Shown: positions 13,655-26,689 of the stretch, one piece after another | Layout: every line of letters begins with the position of its first letter | Numbering within the stretch: the stretch's first letter is position 1 | From: Eledone cirrhosa | Lineage: Eukaryota | Length of the DNA: 64,000 nt | Direction: 5' to 3' | Assembly: GCA_964016885.1 (NCBI GenBank) | Contig: OZ024743.1 | Coordinates: 76,942,001-77,006,000, forward strand | Notes under the pieces: model-generated | Databases searched by the model: none | Told to the model about the DNA's origin: nothing | What the model saw: only the letters and a program-made list of their open reading frames with translations | Program-made: the position numbers and the translations under genes

Positions 13655-14372
13655 TAGGTAAAATTCCCGAGATCCATGGACGAGTTCTCTCCACGGTCTC
13701 TGTCCCTCATTATTGCTGCCATGTCCTGCGTCTCCAAGAAACCAGTGTCTGTCCTTAGGGCATCAATGTATGTCATACTCGGTCTCCCTCTTCCGGTGTA
13801 TCCATGCAGGGGTTCCCACAGGAGCACTGAGTGCAGTGTCAACTCCGGATGTCGGTGAGCATGTCCAGCTAACCTCAGTCTCCTCTGTGTTACTTTGGAG
13901 CTGATTTTTGGGAGGCTCCCATACAGCTCTGAGTTCTTCATCCTCAGTGTATACTGATGAATGTTCAGAGCCATCCTCAACATTCTCGTGTAGCACCCAT
14001 CCACCATCTGAGTGAGTTTCTTGGTCAGTGTCAAAGTCTCAGACCCGTACAGTAGCACAGACTCCACTGTACCAATGAAGAGACGGATCTTCAGGTCTTT
14101 ACGAAGGTCCGAATTCCATACCGGTCTCAAACTGTGGCACGCCGCCCTGGCTTTACTCTTCCTCTCAACCACATCCTCTTCTATGTTCACAGATACAGGA
14201 AGTCCTCAACCAATTCTAGCAGCTTCCCCCCTACATTCATAATCTTCTCTGGCTTCTTAATATTCTCTACCAGATACTTTGTCTTAATCTCATTCATTCC
14301 CAGCCTCACACTCATTGACAGTGTCCACCTCCTGCATCAACTCCTCTGCCTCCTTCACTGTGTTTGTCACCA
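13655..14372 (-). mobile_element. RTE-type LINE 3' fragment (RT C-terminal region)
   Basis: ORF 13636-14190: KIRLFIGTVESVLLYGSETLTL..RRLRLAGH..GRGRP, typical non-LTR RT tail. Confidence 0.8.
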
Positions 14373-14663
14373 TATATATATTCAGATAGTGTTCTGAATA
14401 TATATATATATATAGTGGGGTAGGGGGTAGTACAGTGAAATACTGGTGTTGGTACCAAATCAAGTACTCTATGCACAAGCAGAGTATTGTCACATCACCA
14501 GTCTGACGAGCAGATCGATACTGGAGTCGGGTCCATAACTCCTATGGGTTACCTTGAACTAATCCTCTGCGAAATGCACGTAACAGGTCGATACGCAATA
14601 AACATTTTTCATGTGTAAAAGACACTTCCTCGTTTTTTTTCTATTATATATATATATATATAT

Positions 14664-14915
14664 GTCCCGAGTGAAATTGGGAGTAACTACAGTTTAAAGG
14701 GTACTCAATACATTAATAGAGTGTAAACATCATTATTTAATATAGAAATTGCTTCTACAGAACTAAAACTATTTTATTCATATGTAATCATCAGGAAAGC
14801 CTGATGATTTTGTATACGAATGAAACAGTTCTAGTTCTGTAGAAGCCATTTCCCCAGAGATCCCGAGTGAAATCGGAAGTAACTACAATTTGAAACGTAC
14901 TCAATGCATTAGTAA
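14664..14915. repeat. ~55-bp direct repeats flanking an imperfect palindrome with hammerhead-like core
   Basis: tcccgagtgaaat..gtaactac..gtactcaat at 14664 and 14861; palindrome 14745-14852 centred on tcatcagg aaag cctgatga. Confidence 0.55.
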
Positions 14916-15117
14916 GGTTAAGGCTGGAAATAAACTGTGCTTGCAAGCATGTGGAGTGGGTGGGCTGTATTTAATAAACTGGCACATCATTTAATGTCCG
15001 TTTCTATGATGTTGAACCAATTTATTAAACAAATATAATTGGTTAATGGCATACTTCCCTTCTTTAAATATTTCTAGTATTTTTCTAATTATTTTATACT
15101 CATTGGAGAAATTACTT

Positions 15118-15720
15118 GAAAAACAGGACTAACAGTAAACTCTCTCATAAAAACTGGACTAACAGTAAACTCTCTCTCTCATAAAAACAGGACTAACAGT
15201 AAACTCTCTCTCATAAAAACTGGACTAACAGTAAACTCTCTCTCATAAAAACTGGAATAACAGTAAACTCTGTCTCATAAAAACTGGACTAACAGTAAAC
15301 TCTCTCATAAAAACTGGACTAACAGTAAACTCTCTCTCATAAAAATTGGAATAACAGTAAACTCTCTCATAAAAACTGGACTAACAGTAAACTCTCTCTC
15401 ATAAAAACTGGACTAACAGTAAACTCTCATAAAAACTGGACTAACAGTAAACTCTCGCTCATAAAAACTGGACTAACAGTAAACTCTCTCTCATAAAAAC
15501 TGGACTAACAGTAAACTCTCTCTCATAAAACCTGGACTAACAGTAAACTCTCGCTCATAAAAACTGGACTAACAGTAAACTCTCTCTCATAAAAACTGGA
15601 CTAACAGTAAACTCTCGCTCATAAAAACTGGACTAACAGTAAACTCTCTCTCATAAAAACTGGACCAACAGTAAACTCTCTCATAAAAACTGGAATAACA
15701 ATAAACTCTCTCTCATAAAA
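15118..15720. repeat. ~30-32-bp minisatellite
   Basis: aaaaactggactaacagtaaa(ct)n cat units. Confidence 0.9.
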
Positions 15721-16109
15721 ATATTTAACAAGGAAAGAATGGTTTGCAAAGTTTCCATTTTTATTTAAAATATTATCAAAAGCAACAAACAAAAATGAAT
15801 ATAATAAAATTTAAAAAAAAAAACATTTATACATAAATCCAATGAAGTTAAGGCAAGATTCAGCAATAAATGCAGAAAAAAACCATATTTTGGATTAGTG
15901 GCGATAGTTATAAAAAAAAACTTTATATATTACATGGTCCCGAAACTCCTGGGGGAGTCGTAGGGGCGCCATATTGACATACAGCATTTCTAGGGTTTTT
16001 TTTAAACCTGGTGGAGTCCATCTCTCCAGGTCTGAATACAGCAGATTTCTTCCAGAGAAAGATAGAGAGAGTGAGAGAATAGAAGAGAGAAAGAGATATA
16101 GAGGAAGAA

Positions 16110-16262
16110 TCGACCCCAGTATTAGAGTGGTACTTTTTTTTATCGACCTTTAAAGGATGAAAGGCAAAGTTGACCTCGGCAGGATTTGAACTGAGAGAGT
16201 AGAGAGCTGGAATACCCCAAAGCATTCTATCTGACATTCTAACAACTCTGCCAATTACCAGC
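16110..16262 (-). mobile_element. tRNA-derived SINE (diverged)
   Basis: ggatgaaaggcaaagttgacctcggcaggatttgaact core. Confidence 0.65.
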
Positions 16263-17079
16263 CTCTTTATACATAACAAATAGTATAATACTGACTTGGA
16301 AATTTAAAAAATAAAAGCAATGAAAACCACTTAATTCACCTATTAGCAACAGCATCAATTTTTCCATTGTACTTTTCTCTCAAAAACAAAACTATGCATT
16401 TTAGTAATTTTTCAAGAGACATTCTATTAATATCTAATACTTTTTGTTGTTGTTGTTGTTGCTGCTACTGCTGCTGTGGCCTTGCAGGGTTAATCACCAT
16501 TTTATGGCTAGAAAACATAACAGACTTTTGAATGTTTGAGATGAGTTTTTGTTGACAAGATTTTAATGAAACATTTATAATATTTTTGTCTCCTTTCAAT
16601 TGGTTTAATCCTTGATCCTCACCATCGGGGGGTCTTAACCATATTATATTGATTACAGATTAAATTGATCAATATGTAGCTATAAATTATTTAATTGATA
16701 AATGTGTAGCATAGTTGTAAATTATTTTTATAAAATGTCCATCTCTAAAAAATAAAGTTAATTCTCTGAAAAATTATAACCTCATAATTGAAATATTGTT
16801 AGGGGAGAAATGTATGTTATATTTGTGCATGTGTGTGTGTGTGTGTGTATATATATATACTTATGTAGAAATGTATGTTATAGATGTATATATACTGGTG
16901 TAGAAATATGTTCAACACACAAATATATTTACAATGTCTCTAGTTCAACATTATGACTAGTTTTATTGAGCAAAGAAGATATCTAAATTCTTCTAAAATC
17001 AAAACACAGCAGCACCAACTCTGTCTTTGACTTCTAAACTAAATATTCATTTCAATAGGCAGTGGTAGTAATACTATGG

Positions 17080-17320
17080 GCATGTGGTTAGAATGTCTCA
17101 TGTAAGAATCACTGGACACATTTTACGAGCAAAACCAACTGGCAGGAGACCCAGGGATAGAACCCGATCTATATGATTGGATAACATCCATGAGCTTGGC
17201 TAGTCTCACTTGGGGACCCAGCTGGATCGGTTAGAGATAGTTGCTTCTGACAGGGCCTGCTGGAAGGAATGTTTGAGGACTCTGCCCTCATGACCCTCTC
17301 AGGAATAAGTAGGTGAAGGT
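17080..17320 (+). mobile_element. degenerate RTE-like LINE 3' end
   Basis: tactatgggcatgtggttaga (YYGHVVR) and a GRP-like segment downstream. Confidence 0.4.
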
Positions 17321-17837
17321 AAAGAAAAATTAGTAGTAGTAATAGTTAATCTTTTTATAAATGTATTTCTAATAAAATCATTCTCTTTCAATTAATTCAT
17401 TAGGAATTTTGAAGATTTACTAAAATTATTTCATTAAGATCGTGTCCTAACATATGGCTCTTATATAAAATTATGTTAATGGTTTTAACCTTTTAGTTAC
17501 CAACCCAGCCAAAACCGGCTCTGGATCTATGAAATAAAACCACCTATTATAGAGGTTTCCAACATAATTTTATATAAGAGCCTTACATTAAATGAAATAA
17601 TTGAAATTATAACACTTGTGTGAAAGGGACAAGCTACATCTGTAATCAAGCAATATCATCATCATCACTTTATTAGTGTGAATCTAAATACTAAATTTGG
17701 AATTCCTAATAACATTCTCAATCAGCTTTAATTCATGACAATTTGCTATATTGCAATGTTCAAATATTTTTATAGCTTCAAAATATTGAGAATATATATA
17801 TTTTTGGGGGTTTTTTGAAAATTCATATTAAAATTAA

Positions 17838-18077
17838 TTAACCCTTTCATGACCACATTTCTAATGAAATACACTCTGTTTTAATTAATTAATGAAGAAT
17901 TTTAAGGGATTTACTAAAATTGTTATTTACTTCATTACTAAAATAGTAACTTCATTTAAGGTTCTCATATAAAATTATGTTGGAAGATTTTAATTCAAAT
18001 TGGAAACCTTTAAAATAAGTAGTTTTATTTCATAGAACCAGAACTGGTTTGGGCCAGATCGGTAACTAAAGGGTTAA
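17838..18077 (+). mobile_element. piggyBac-type MITE family B
   Basis: TTAA|CCCTTT...AAAGGG|TTAA ends; related copies at ~17485-17620, 30385-30567, 46520-46838, 47147-47313, 60726-60958. Confidence 0.7.
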
Positions 18078-18592
18078 TATAAGACAGAAAAGTAAAGGGA
18101 CTCAACTCATACCTTTCTATATAGAAAGAGGGAGATGTTTATTGATAACTTGTTAGTGAATATACATCTAACAACTAATGTTTCAAAAAAAAAAAATCAT
18201 TAAATTTTAATTATCCTTATGAAGCCAAATAATGTCCAAAGAACATCAAAGGTTAGGGTTATGGTAGGGATTTTACATGTATCTTAGCTTTTTAACTCAT
18301 AACATTTAGCAGAAGATATCTAAAAGTTTGTTAATTCAAATGTTCAAACTATCTTTACTTATGGACTGATTACTATGAAAATTTGTAGTATTAAAATTAA
18401 GATTTTAATGTTTAATGTGATGAAATCATAGTGCTGTTTTATACTTTTCAAGAGTGTCTTGCTGTAAATTTGGGTGGTAAACGACTTTCATAGATTAGAT
18501 TTTTAAAATAAAATCTACTGTTAAAACTTGATGATGGGACAACAAAATAACATTACATTTGTATTTAATAAGAGATTTCACTGTGAAATAAG

Positions 18593-19020
18593 ATAAAGAT
18601 GTCACTGTTAGCAATCTAAACAAGATGTAACTGTTAGCAATCTAAAGATGTAACTGTTAGCAATCTAAAGATGTCACTGCTAACAATCTAAACAAGATGT
18701 AACTGTTAACAATCTAAATAAGATGTAACTTAACAATCTAAACAAGATGTAACTGTTAGCAATCTAAACAAAATGTAACTGTTAACAATCTAAGTAAGAT
18801 GTAACTGTTAACAATCTAAAGATGTCACTGTTAGCAATCTAAACAAGATGTAACTGTTAACAATCTAAATAAGATGTAACTGTTAACAATCTAAAGATGT
18901 CACTGTTAATAATCTAAACAAGATGTAACTGTTAACAATCTAAACAAGATGTAACTGTTAACAATCTAAACAAGATGTAACTGTTAGCAATCTAAAGATG
19001 TCACTGTTAGCAATCTAAAG
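18593..19020. repeat. 23-26-bp minisatellite
   Basis: aagatgtaactgttagcaatcta(aac) units. Confidence 0.9.
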
Positions 19021-20767
19021 AGAAATAGCAACTTAACAGTTTACAATTTAAGACAACAAAATTACTTTGAAATAAAACAAAGTAAAATTAGTTTTGGTAT
19101 ATTTGATCTTATAAATCTTCAATTAACAATAATAACATTCTCTAATTATAATTAGAAAATTCAGCTTTAGTAATATTTTAAATGATGGAGAAACTTATGC
19201 AGTTATGTCAGGTTTTGTGGTCAGTGTAGGGCAAACATTAGTTCTAGAAAAATCTATATAAAATATTGGAATGTAATTAAATTGATCACATTGAGAATTT
19301 TAACTTCCAAACGAACCAAAATGTCTCCAAAAGAATTTCACTTCTTTTTGATTCTTCGAAAAATTTACAATCGAAATTCTTGATTTGGACTTTATTGTTT
19401 ATAGAAATTCTGGAAAAAATATCCAGATGTGAGACTACAATATATACATGTTTTTTGTTGTTGTTTTTGTCCCTAAACAAGAATTTTTATTTCATATGGA
19501 GCCACATGGCAAAAGGAAGTTTAAGTATAAAAGCTCTCAGAGAGGGAATAATTTGAGAGTATAATATTTAAATAAAAACTTATAACAGTGCCCAGACTAA
19601 CCAATATTTCTTGAAGAGATTCATCATATAGCTTTAATATTTCAAGAAAACAAAAATTACCAGATAAACATTACCATGGACATTTTAAACAGTCTGACAT
19701 ATTTTAAAGAAAATTAACAATGAAGGGTTCTGAGACAGATGTTGTGAAAAGTGTTAAAGGTATCTTGAAAGTAGTGTTATACTTCTTTTATATTGGAAGA
19801 ATGCCATCTTTGTCAGTTTGTTCAAAACATCTGTATATGAAGACATTGTAAGAGTTTAATAAACATGTTATATATTCCCAACATATTAATAACACACATA
19901 CACCATACATTCATTAAATCTTTTTTAAGTAATTATGCATATTTGTAATTTGCATTAATATTAAAAAGTAGTTTCATCAATTCAAATATTGTAAATTTTA
20001 TATATAAATATTTTCTTATTAATAATGTTTTTTTTACTAGGCACAACGACAATCTTTGATAGACAGAAACCAGTATATTACTTGTACTTACTTTATCAAA
20101 GCCAACTTAATAAAAAAAATCAAGTCAATACCAGCTGTATTTGTAATTCAATGCATCTAACTGAATGTTCTCTCAACCTTTTGGTTGGACAGAACCTTGA
20201 ATATTCCTCATACAATATTTTGTCGAGAAAGTGTATGTTTTACTGAACTATTATTGCTACTTATTTTATCAATCCCAGAGATGGATAAAAGACAAAGTCA
20301 ACCCCAATAGCAGAGTTGGCAAATAGCAGAGACATGGGCCTTTTAAATCTAGGGTCTAAATTTACAAAATAGTACCATTAACTTCAACAGCATAAAGCAA
20401 TTGTAAAATATGTATAAAGTCTGCAATTTGTTTAATAAAGTTATTTCCCTTAAGAAAAGTTGGTAGTCAGTTAATAGTATATCTCTTATACATAAACATA
20501 TTTTCCTTATTAAATATACTGTTTCTATATCAATATAACAAAATTAAACTTAGGTTCAATCAATCAAAGTATTCCTTTATAAATTTCTGGGGCTCTAACT
20601 CTATTCTACATAATTCTAAAACATGTGTAGTCATATTAATCCTTATCAAACTTCTTTCAACAAACATTAATACACAATGCTTAAAAGCAATCTTTATTTG
20701 AATAAAGACTAACTTTGGATTTGAAACCTAAAGCCATTAAAGTTAACCTCCATTTATAAAAGTAAAA

Positions 20768-20907
20768 TAATTGTTTCTACTTTAGGCACAAGGCCAGCAA
20801 TTACCCAGTGCATTACTGGTACTTTATTTTATCGACCCCGTAAGGATGAAAGGCAAAGTCAACCTCGGCGGGATTTGAACTCTACCGATACTGCCAATCC
20901 ACCGCCA
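20768..20907 (-). mobile_element. SINE with internal deletion and ~16-bp target-site duplication
   Basis: core near-identical to 1-197; ataaaagtaaaataat on both sides. Confidence 0.8.
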
Positions 20908-22596
20908 TAAAAGTAAAATAATGATAATCAGTTTTGGTCTGAATATTTTGCCTTTATATTTTAGTATGACAACTTTCTAGTAAATGTTATATTTTATGGT
21001 ACATAACACACTAATAGACCCTGAGGAATTTTCACAGCTTCAAAAGGTGGATATATCTTTGTTATTGAGGTCTTTATGTGATAGACTATCAAGCTAGACA
21101 CATGTCCAGTACTTGCTTATATCAGTGTTGTCAGTGTTGGCCTACCTTTCAATAGAACATGTCTCAAGGTTAAGATGCAAACCTCTCATTATACTGTAAT
21201 AGAGAGCAGTAGAAACATATCTTTATGAGAATCTTCAAAAAGAAAGGTGTTTATAAGAAAATGAAGATGTATTTGAGAAGACTGAGAAGGAAGTGAAAAA
21301 TATGGAAAAAAAACAATAAAAGTTGGGAAAAGGATGTATGAAACAGAAATGAGAGAAAAAGAGATATTAAGAGAGAAAGAGAGAGAGCAACTAAAAAAAG
21401 AAAAGTTAGTAAGATAAGTGTAAACAACTGAAAAAGTTATTTTTTCCAGCAATTGCTAAATATAACAGAACCAATGGAAAACAAATTCAAACTTACAAAA
21501 ATTAAAATAGCTAATTTTTTCTTTTTTTTTTTAAATGTAAATATATGGTCTTTTATCTTCTTTTTTTTTTTACTATAAACAATTGTATTTAAAAGAAGCA
21601 AAATAAAATAAATAAAATAATTTTAACTTCTTTTTTAACAGCTCCTCTGTCAGTTTCAGTTGATATCAATTTGATATATAATGACAAAAGAAAAACAATA
21701 AATTACCCCAGATTTCAATGAAATCAAGAATAAATTAAATCTTGAAAGTTATCAAGAATTTCTTTCTTGAAAAATAATGAAAAAATGGGGGAAAAACAGA
21801 TGAAAGAAAATAACAAGAATGAATTGTCATTTTTTTTTAAACTCTAAATAAGATTTAATTTAGAACAAGCATGGAGGGAAATAATTGAAAAGTTAAAAAA
21901 AAAAAAGTTAGCATCATCATCATCATCATCGTGTAGAATTTAGAATAGAAAAAAATATTGTCTTTAAAGTTATTTTTGTAACTGTCGTAGATGAATGAAA
22001 TGTCAGTAATCTGAAAAGTAGATCACTTTACTTAATCTCAAATAAACTTCCTTAAATTGCTTGGAATTCTTTTCAGTTTAATGAAGATGAATAACAGTGG
22101 AGTGACCTGGAGGCCAAGAAGAGACACACAAAGGGTAAAAACAAAAAAGTCATTGATAAGGTCACAGAATCTGTGATGAAAGATCTTTGGCAATTAGGTA
22201 AATAGCCAATTGATTGTTTAACCAACTGATGGATGGATTAGTTACCTGATTAATAATAGTGTCTAATTTAGGCACAAGGCCAGCAATTCTGAAGGAATGG
22301 GAAAGTTGAATACATCTGATACACAAGATATATTGATTAAAGTATAGAAAGCTGTGTGGCCTCTAACTATTTATCATAACATCACTTAACCTTTAACTCC
22401 TTAGAATACTTCAGTAATGCTGGTATAGTCACTGCCTCCATCACCTCACCCTCCCCATCTCTCCCTATTATAAGCAAACGGGGGCTCATGTGCTGGCTAC
22501 CCCATGACCCCAGCGGACAGAATAGAGAAGGCGTTTCCCTCAATGATGATGAGGGAGACACGTTGGAAGAATCATTCCAGCTCACGAGGCTCACAT

Positions 22597-24378
22597 CTGC
22601 AGGTAGCCAACTCCATGTCGATGGTGGTGAGTAGGAAGGTGGTCCTAGGGCCAAGGATACTAGAAGTCTCCACTGCTACAGGTAGCCAACTCCATGTCGA
22701 TGGTGGTGAGTAGGGAGGTGGTCCTAGGGCCAAGGACACCAGAAGTCTCCACTGCTACAGGTAGCCAACTCCATGTCGATGGTGGTGAGTAGGGAGGTGG
22801 TCCTAGGGCCAAGGACACCAGAATTCTCCACTGCTACAGGTAGCCAACTCCATGTCGATGGTGGTGAGTAGGGAGGTGGTCCTAGGGCCAAGGACACCAG
22901 AAGTCTCCACTGCTACAGGTAGCCAACTCCATGTCGATGGTGGTGAGTAGGGAGGTGGTCCTAGGGCCAAGGACACCAGAAGTCTCCACTGCTACAGGTA
23001 GCCAACTCCATGTCGATGGTGGTGAGTAGGGAGGTGGTCCTAGGGCCAAGGACACCAGAAGTCTCCACTGCTACAGGTAGCCAACTCCATGTCGATGGTG
23101 GTGAGTAGGGAGGTGGTCCTAGGGCCAAGGACACCAGAATTCTCCACTGCTACAGGTAGCCAACTCCATGTCGATGGTGGTGAGTAGGGAGGTGGTCCTA
23201 GGGCCAAGGACACCAGAAGTCTCCACTGCTACAGGTAGCCAACTCCATGTCGATGGTGGTGAGTAGGGAGGTGGTCCTAGGGCCAAGGACACCAGAAGTC
23301 TCCACTGCTACAGGTAGCCAACTCCATGTCGATGGTGGTGAGTAGGGAGGTGGTCCTAGGGCCAAGGACACCAGAAGTCTCCACTGCTACAGGTAGCCAA
23401 CTCCATGTCGATGGTGGTGAGTAGGGAGACGGTCCTAGGGCCAAGGACACCAGAATTCTCCACTGCTACAGGTAGCCAACTCCATGTCGATGGTGGTGAG
23501 TAGGGAGGTGGTCCTAGGGCCAAGGACACCAGAAGTCTCCACTGCTACAGGTAGCCAACTCCATGTCGATGGTGGTGAGTAGGGAGGTGGTCCTAGGGCC
23601 AAGGACACCAGAAGTCTCCACTGCTACAGGTAGCCAACTCCATGTCGATGGTGGTGAGTAGGGAGACGGTCCTAGGGCCAAGGACACCAGAAGTCTCCAC
23701 TGCTACAGGTAGCCAACTCCATGTCGATGGTGGTGAGTAGGGAGGTGGTCCTAGGGCCAAGGACACCAGAAGTCTCCACTGCTACAGGTAGCCAACTCCA
23801 TGTCGATGGTGGTGTGTAGGGAGGTGGTCCTAGGGCCAAGGACACCAGAAGTCTCCACTGCTACAGGTAGCCAACTCCATGTCGATGGTGGTGAGTAGGG
23901 AGGTGGTCCTAGGGCCAAGGACACCAGAAGTCTCCACTGCTACAGGTAGCCAACTCCATGTCGATGGTGGTGAGTAGGGAGGTGGTCCTAGGACCAAGGA
24001 CACCAGAAGTCTCCACTGCTACAGGTAGCCAACTCCATGTCGATGGTGGTGAGTAGGGAGGTGGTCCTAGGGCCAAGGACACCAGAAGTCTCCACTGCTA
24101 CAGGTAGCCAACTCCATGTCGATGGTGGTGAGTAGGGAGGTGGTCCTAGGGCCAAGGACACCAGAAGTCTCCACTGCTACAGGTAGCCAACTCCATGTCG
24201 ATGGTGGTGAGTAGGGAGGTGGTCCTAGGGCCAAGGACACCAGAAATCTCCATTGCTACAGGTAGCCAACTCCATGTCGATGGTGGTGAGTAGGGAGGTG
24301 GTCCTAGGGCCAAGGACACCAGAAGTCTCCACTGCTACAGGTAGCCAACTCCATGTCAATGGTGGTGAGTAGGGAGGA
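22597..24378. repeat. 79-bp tandem repeat (~22.5 near-identical copies)
   Basis: ctacaggtagccaactccatgtcgatggtggtgagtagggaggtggtcctagggccaaggacaccagaagtctccactg. Confidence 0.95.
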
Positions 24379-26113
24379 GGTGTATATCTGAAACTGTAAG
24401 TAGTAACCTGTTTTCACGAGATTCTAAACAGTAAAACACACACATGTATCTACATTCCCACACTAATCTGTTTATCTACTATGTAACATATTGTGTCCAC
24501 TACTACATACGATTTTTATAAAATCATTGAGTGGATTGTGGCCAAGGTAGATGAAATATAATTATCTGGCTCGTTATAATTAATGTTAATTATTTATTGA
24601 TATTTCTTTGCTATTTTTGTCTTTTTATTTGATGTCAAATCTACTTCTATTTCATACTCGTATTATCCCCAACAACTTGGACCCATGTGACCAATAAAAG
24701 AAATTATTATCATCACCATCATCATCTTTATTATAAACTCCCTTTATTTATGACTTAATGAAGGCATCAAAAGTTCAATTTTTTTTTTTGGGGGGGGGGG
24801 TCCAAAGACTGCAATATATCTTAGTATTTATGTCTACAATTATTAACTAATATTAACTAATACTATTAACATTATCTACTAACTCTGTATAAAAGATGTA
24901 AACATTTACAACCACTGATATTGTTATTGTATTTATCTTAACCTTCACTATTTTAACAAGAAAATACACAATATCAACAGCACTGCTCTAAGTTAATATG
25001 TTAAAGATTCTATTTTTATGTTAAAATATTCTAATTAATAGCACAGCTCTAAGTAAAAATTCTATTTTTATGTTAAAAATTCTATTCTTATGTAAAAAAA
25101 ATTTACTTAATAGTACGGCTCTAAGCAGTTAATATGTTAAAAATTCTGTTTTGTTTTATTTTAAAATATTACTTACAAAGGTGTTTTCATAATTAGTTTA
25201 TTATTACTAATATCATTATTAAAATAATGATAAAAGCAGAGGAAATGATTAAATACTGTTGGTAACAGGTTGGAAGATAACTGTAGTAAATAAAATAATT
25301 TATGTAAAGTTTGTATATTTAATATATATGTTTACTAATAAACATTTGAAAGTCTTTATTATATTCTTTATAATTAATATGGCCTGATTACTGTATTTTG
25401 GTTCTGTTTGGTAAAAAAAAGTTGTTTTTTTTTTTGTAAATTTTATTTAATGTTAGAAAAAATGAAAGACTCAGGTTTCTTGTAGTGTTGTGGTGTTGAT
25501 GGGGCAGGGGGGGGGGATCATATATGATAAAAATACAAAACAGAAACTTGGCAACAAGATAAGACAGAAAGATATTTAACAGAGCAGAAATATTCAAAGT
25601 ATTATTATTTGACTGAAGTAAATCTAAACAAACAGAATGAAAATATAGATTGGGTTAAATATTAATATTTTCAATGGAATAATTCATTTCAAATTATAAA
25701 TGCAAATAATTGTTTGGTTGTTTTTTGTCTTATTTTTGTTGTGTTTGTTTTTTTTTTCTATAAAGAGAAACCGAAATAAATATAAGGGAAATAAGCAGTC
25801 TGTAGATAGAAGCCCAGTAGGTAGCAATAGATAGCATTTTAAAAAGTTGGGGGGAAAGAAAGGGAGTAATTGTACAAACTTTGCTAAAATATTTTGTATG
25901 TGAATTCTTCTCACATGGATGAATCTAATTTCTCAAATGTGTAACAGTTAATCAAATACAATAATATTTTTATAAAATGCAAATACAACAATATTTGAAT
26001 AATATGCAACAATATTTGTATAGAATTACAAAGCAAACATATAAAAGATAATAATTTAAAAAAATAATATGTCTAAATTGAGCTAAATCTTCAAGAAATG
26101 TGCTCGAAAATAT

Positions 26114-26401
26114 TTAACCCTTTAGCATTTACATTATTCTACGAGGTCGATAAAATAAAGTACCAGTAATGCACTGGATTAATTACTGGCCTTATGCTAA
26201 TAGTAGAAACAATTATTCTATATTTACTATTGTATATTAAAGGTAAAGGCTTTATCTCACATAATCTCAAATCTACAAGATTTTGATGATGTTATCGCTT
26301 ATTTTAAGAACGTTATCTTTACGTCGGTGTGAGCTGCTGGTTATGACTAGTTTCAAAAAGGAGCAAGCCAGTTACAGCCGGTTTACATGCTAAAGGGTTA
26401 A
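26114..26401 (+). mobile_element. piggyBac-type MITE family A, carrying a 5'-truncated SINE insertion (26142-26214)
   Basis: TTAA|CCCTTTAGCA...TGCTAAAGGG|TTAA; SINE tail flanked by attattcta duplication. Confidence 0.75.
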
Positions 26402-26689
26402 ATAGAAAAAACAAAATATTTTATAATATAATTGTATCATGAGTATTTGCAGAAATTGTAAAGAAGTTGTCCGAAGACTTTTACTCGACATCCACACCTC
26501 TCTCCAGTTCTTTCTTTCTCTTATGTGGTGGTTCTTATTGGTTTCAGCAATTCAGCTGTGGCCATGCTGGATCACCAGAATATATATATCCAATTATATA
26601 TATTGTTATTCTTTGGGATATATATGTATATATATAATATACTAACACACCTATATATAAATACATGATAGATAGATAGACATATAAGT

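Noticed and set aside
12715-13657. Mucin-like poly-Thr / poly-Val ORFs
   Set aside because: Trinucleotide repeat open on both strands; no gene context
15923-16060. Possible terminal exon (SAVFRPGEMD..GPCNI*)
   Set aside because: Part of it (ttcagac..ggactccacca.gtttaaa) recurs at ~52765-52800, suggesting a dispersed repeat end; no homology recognised
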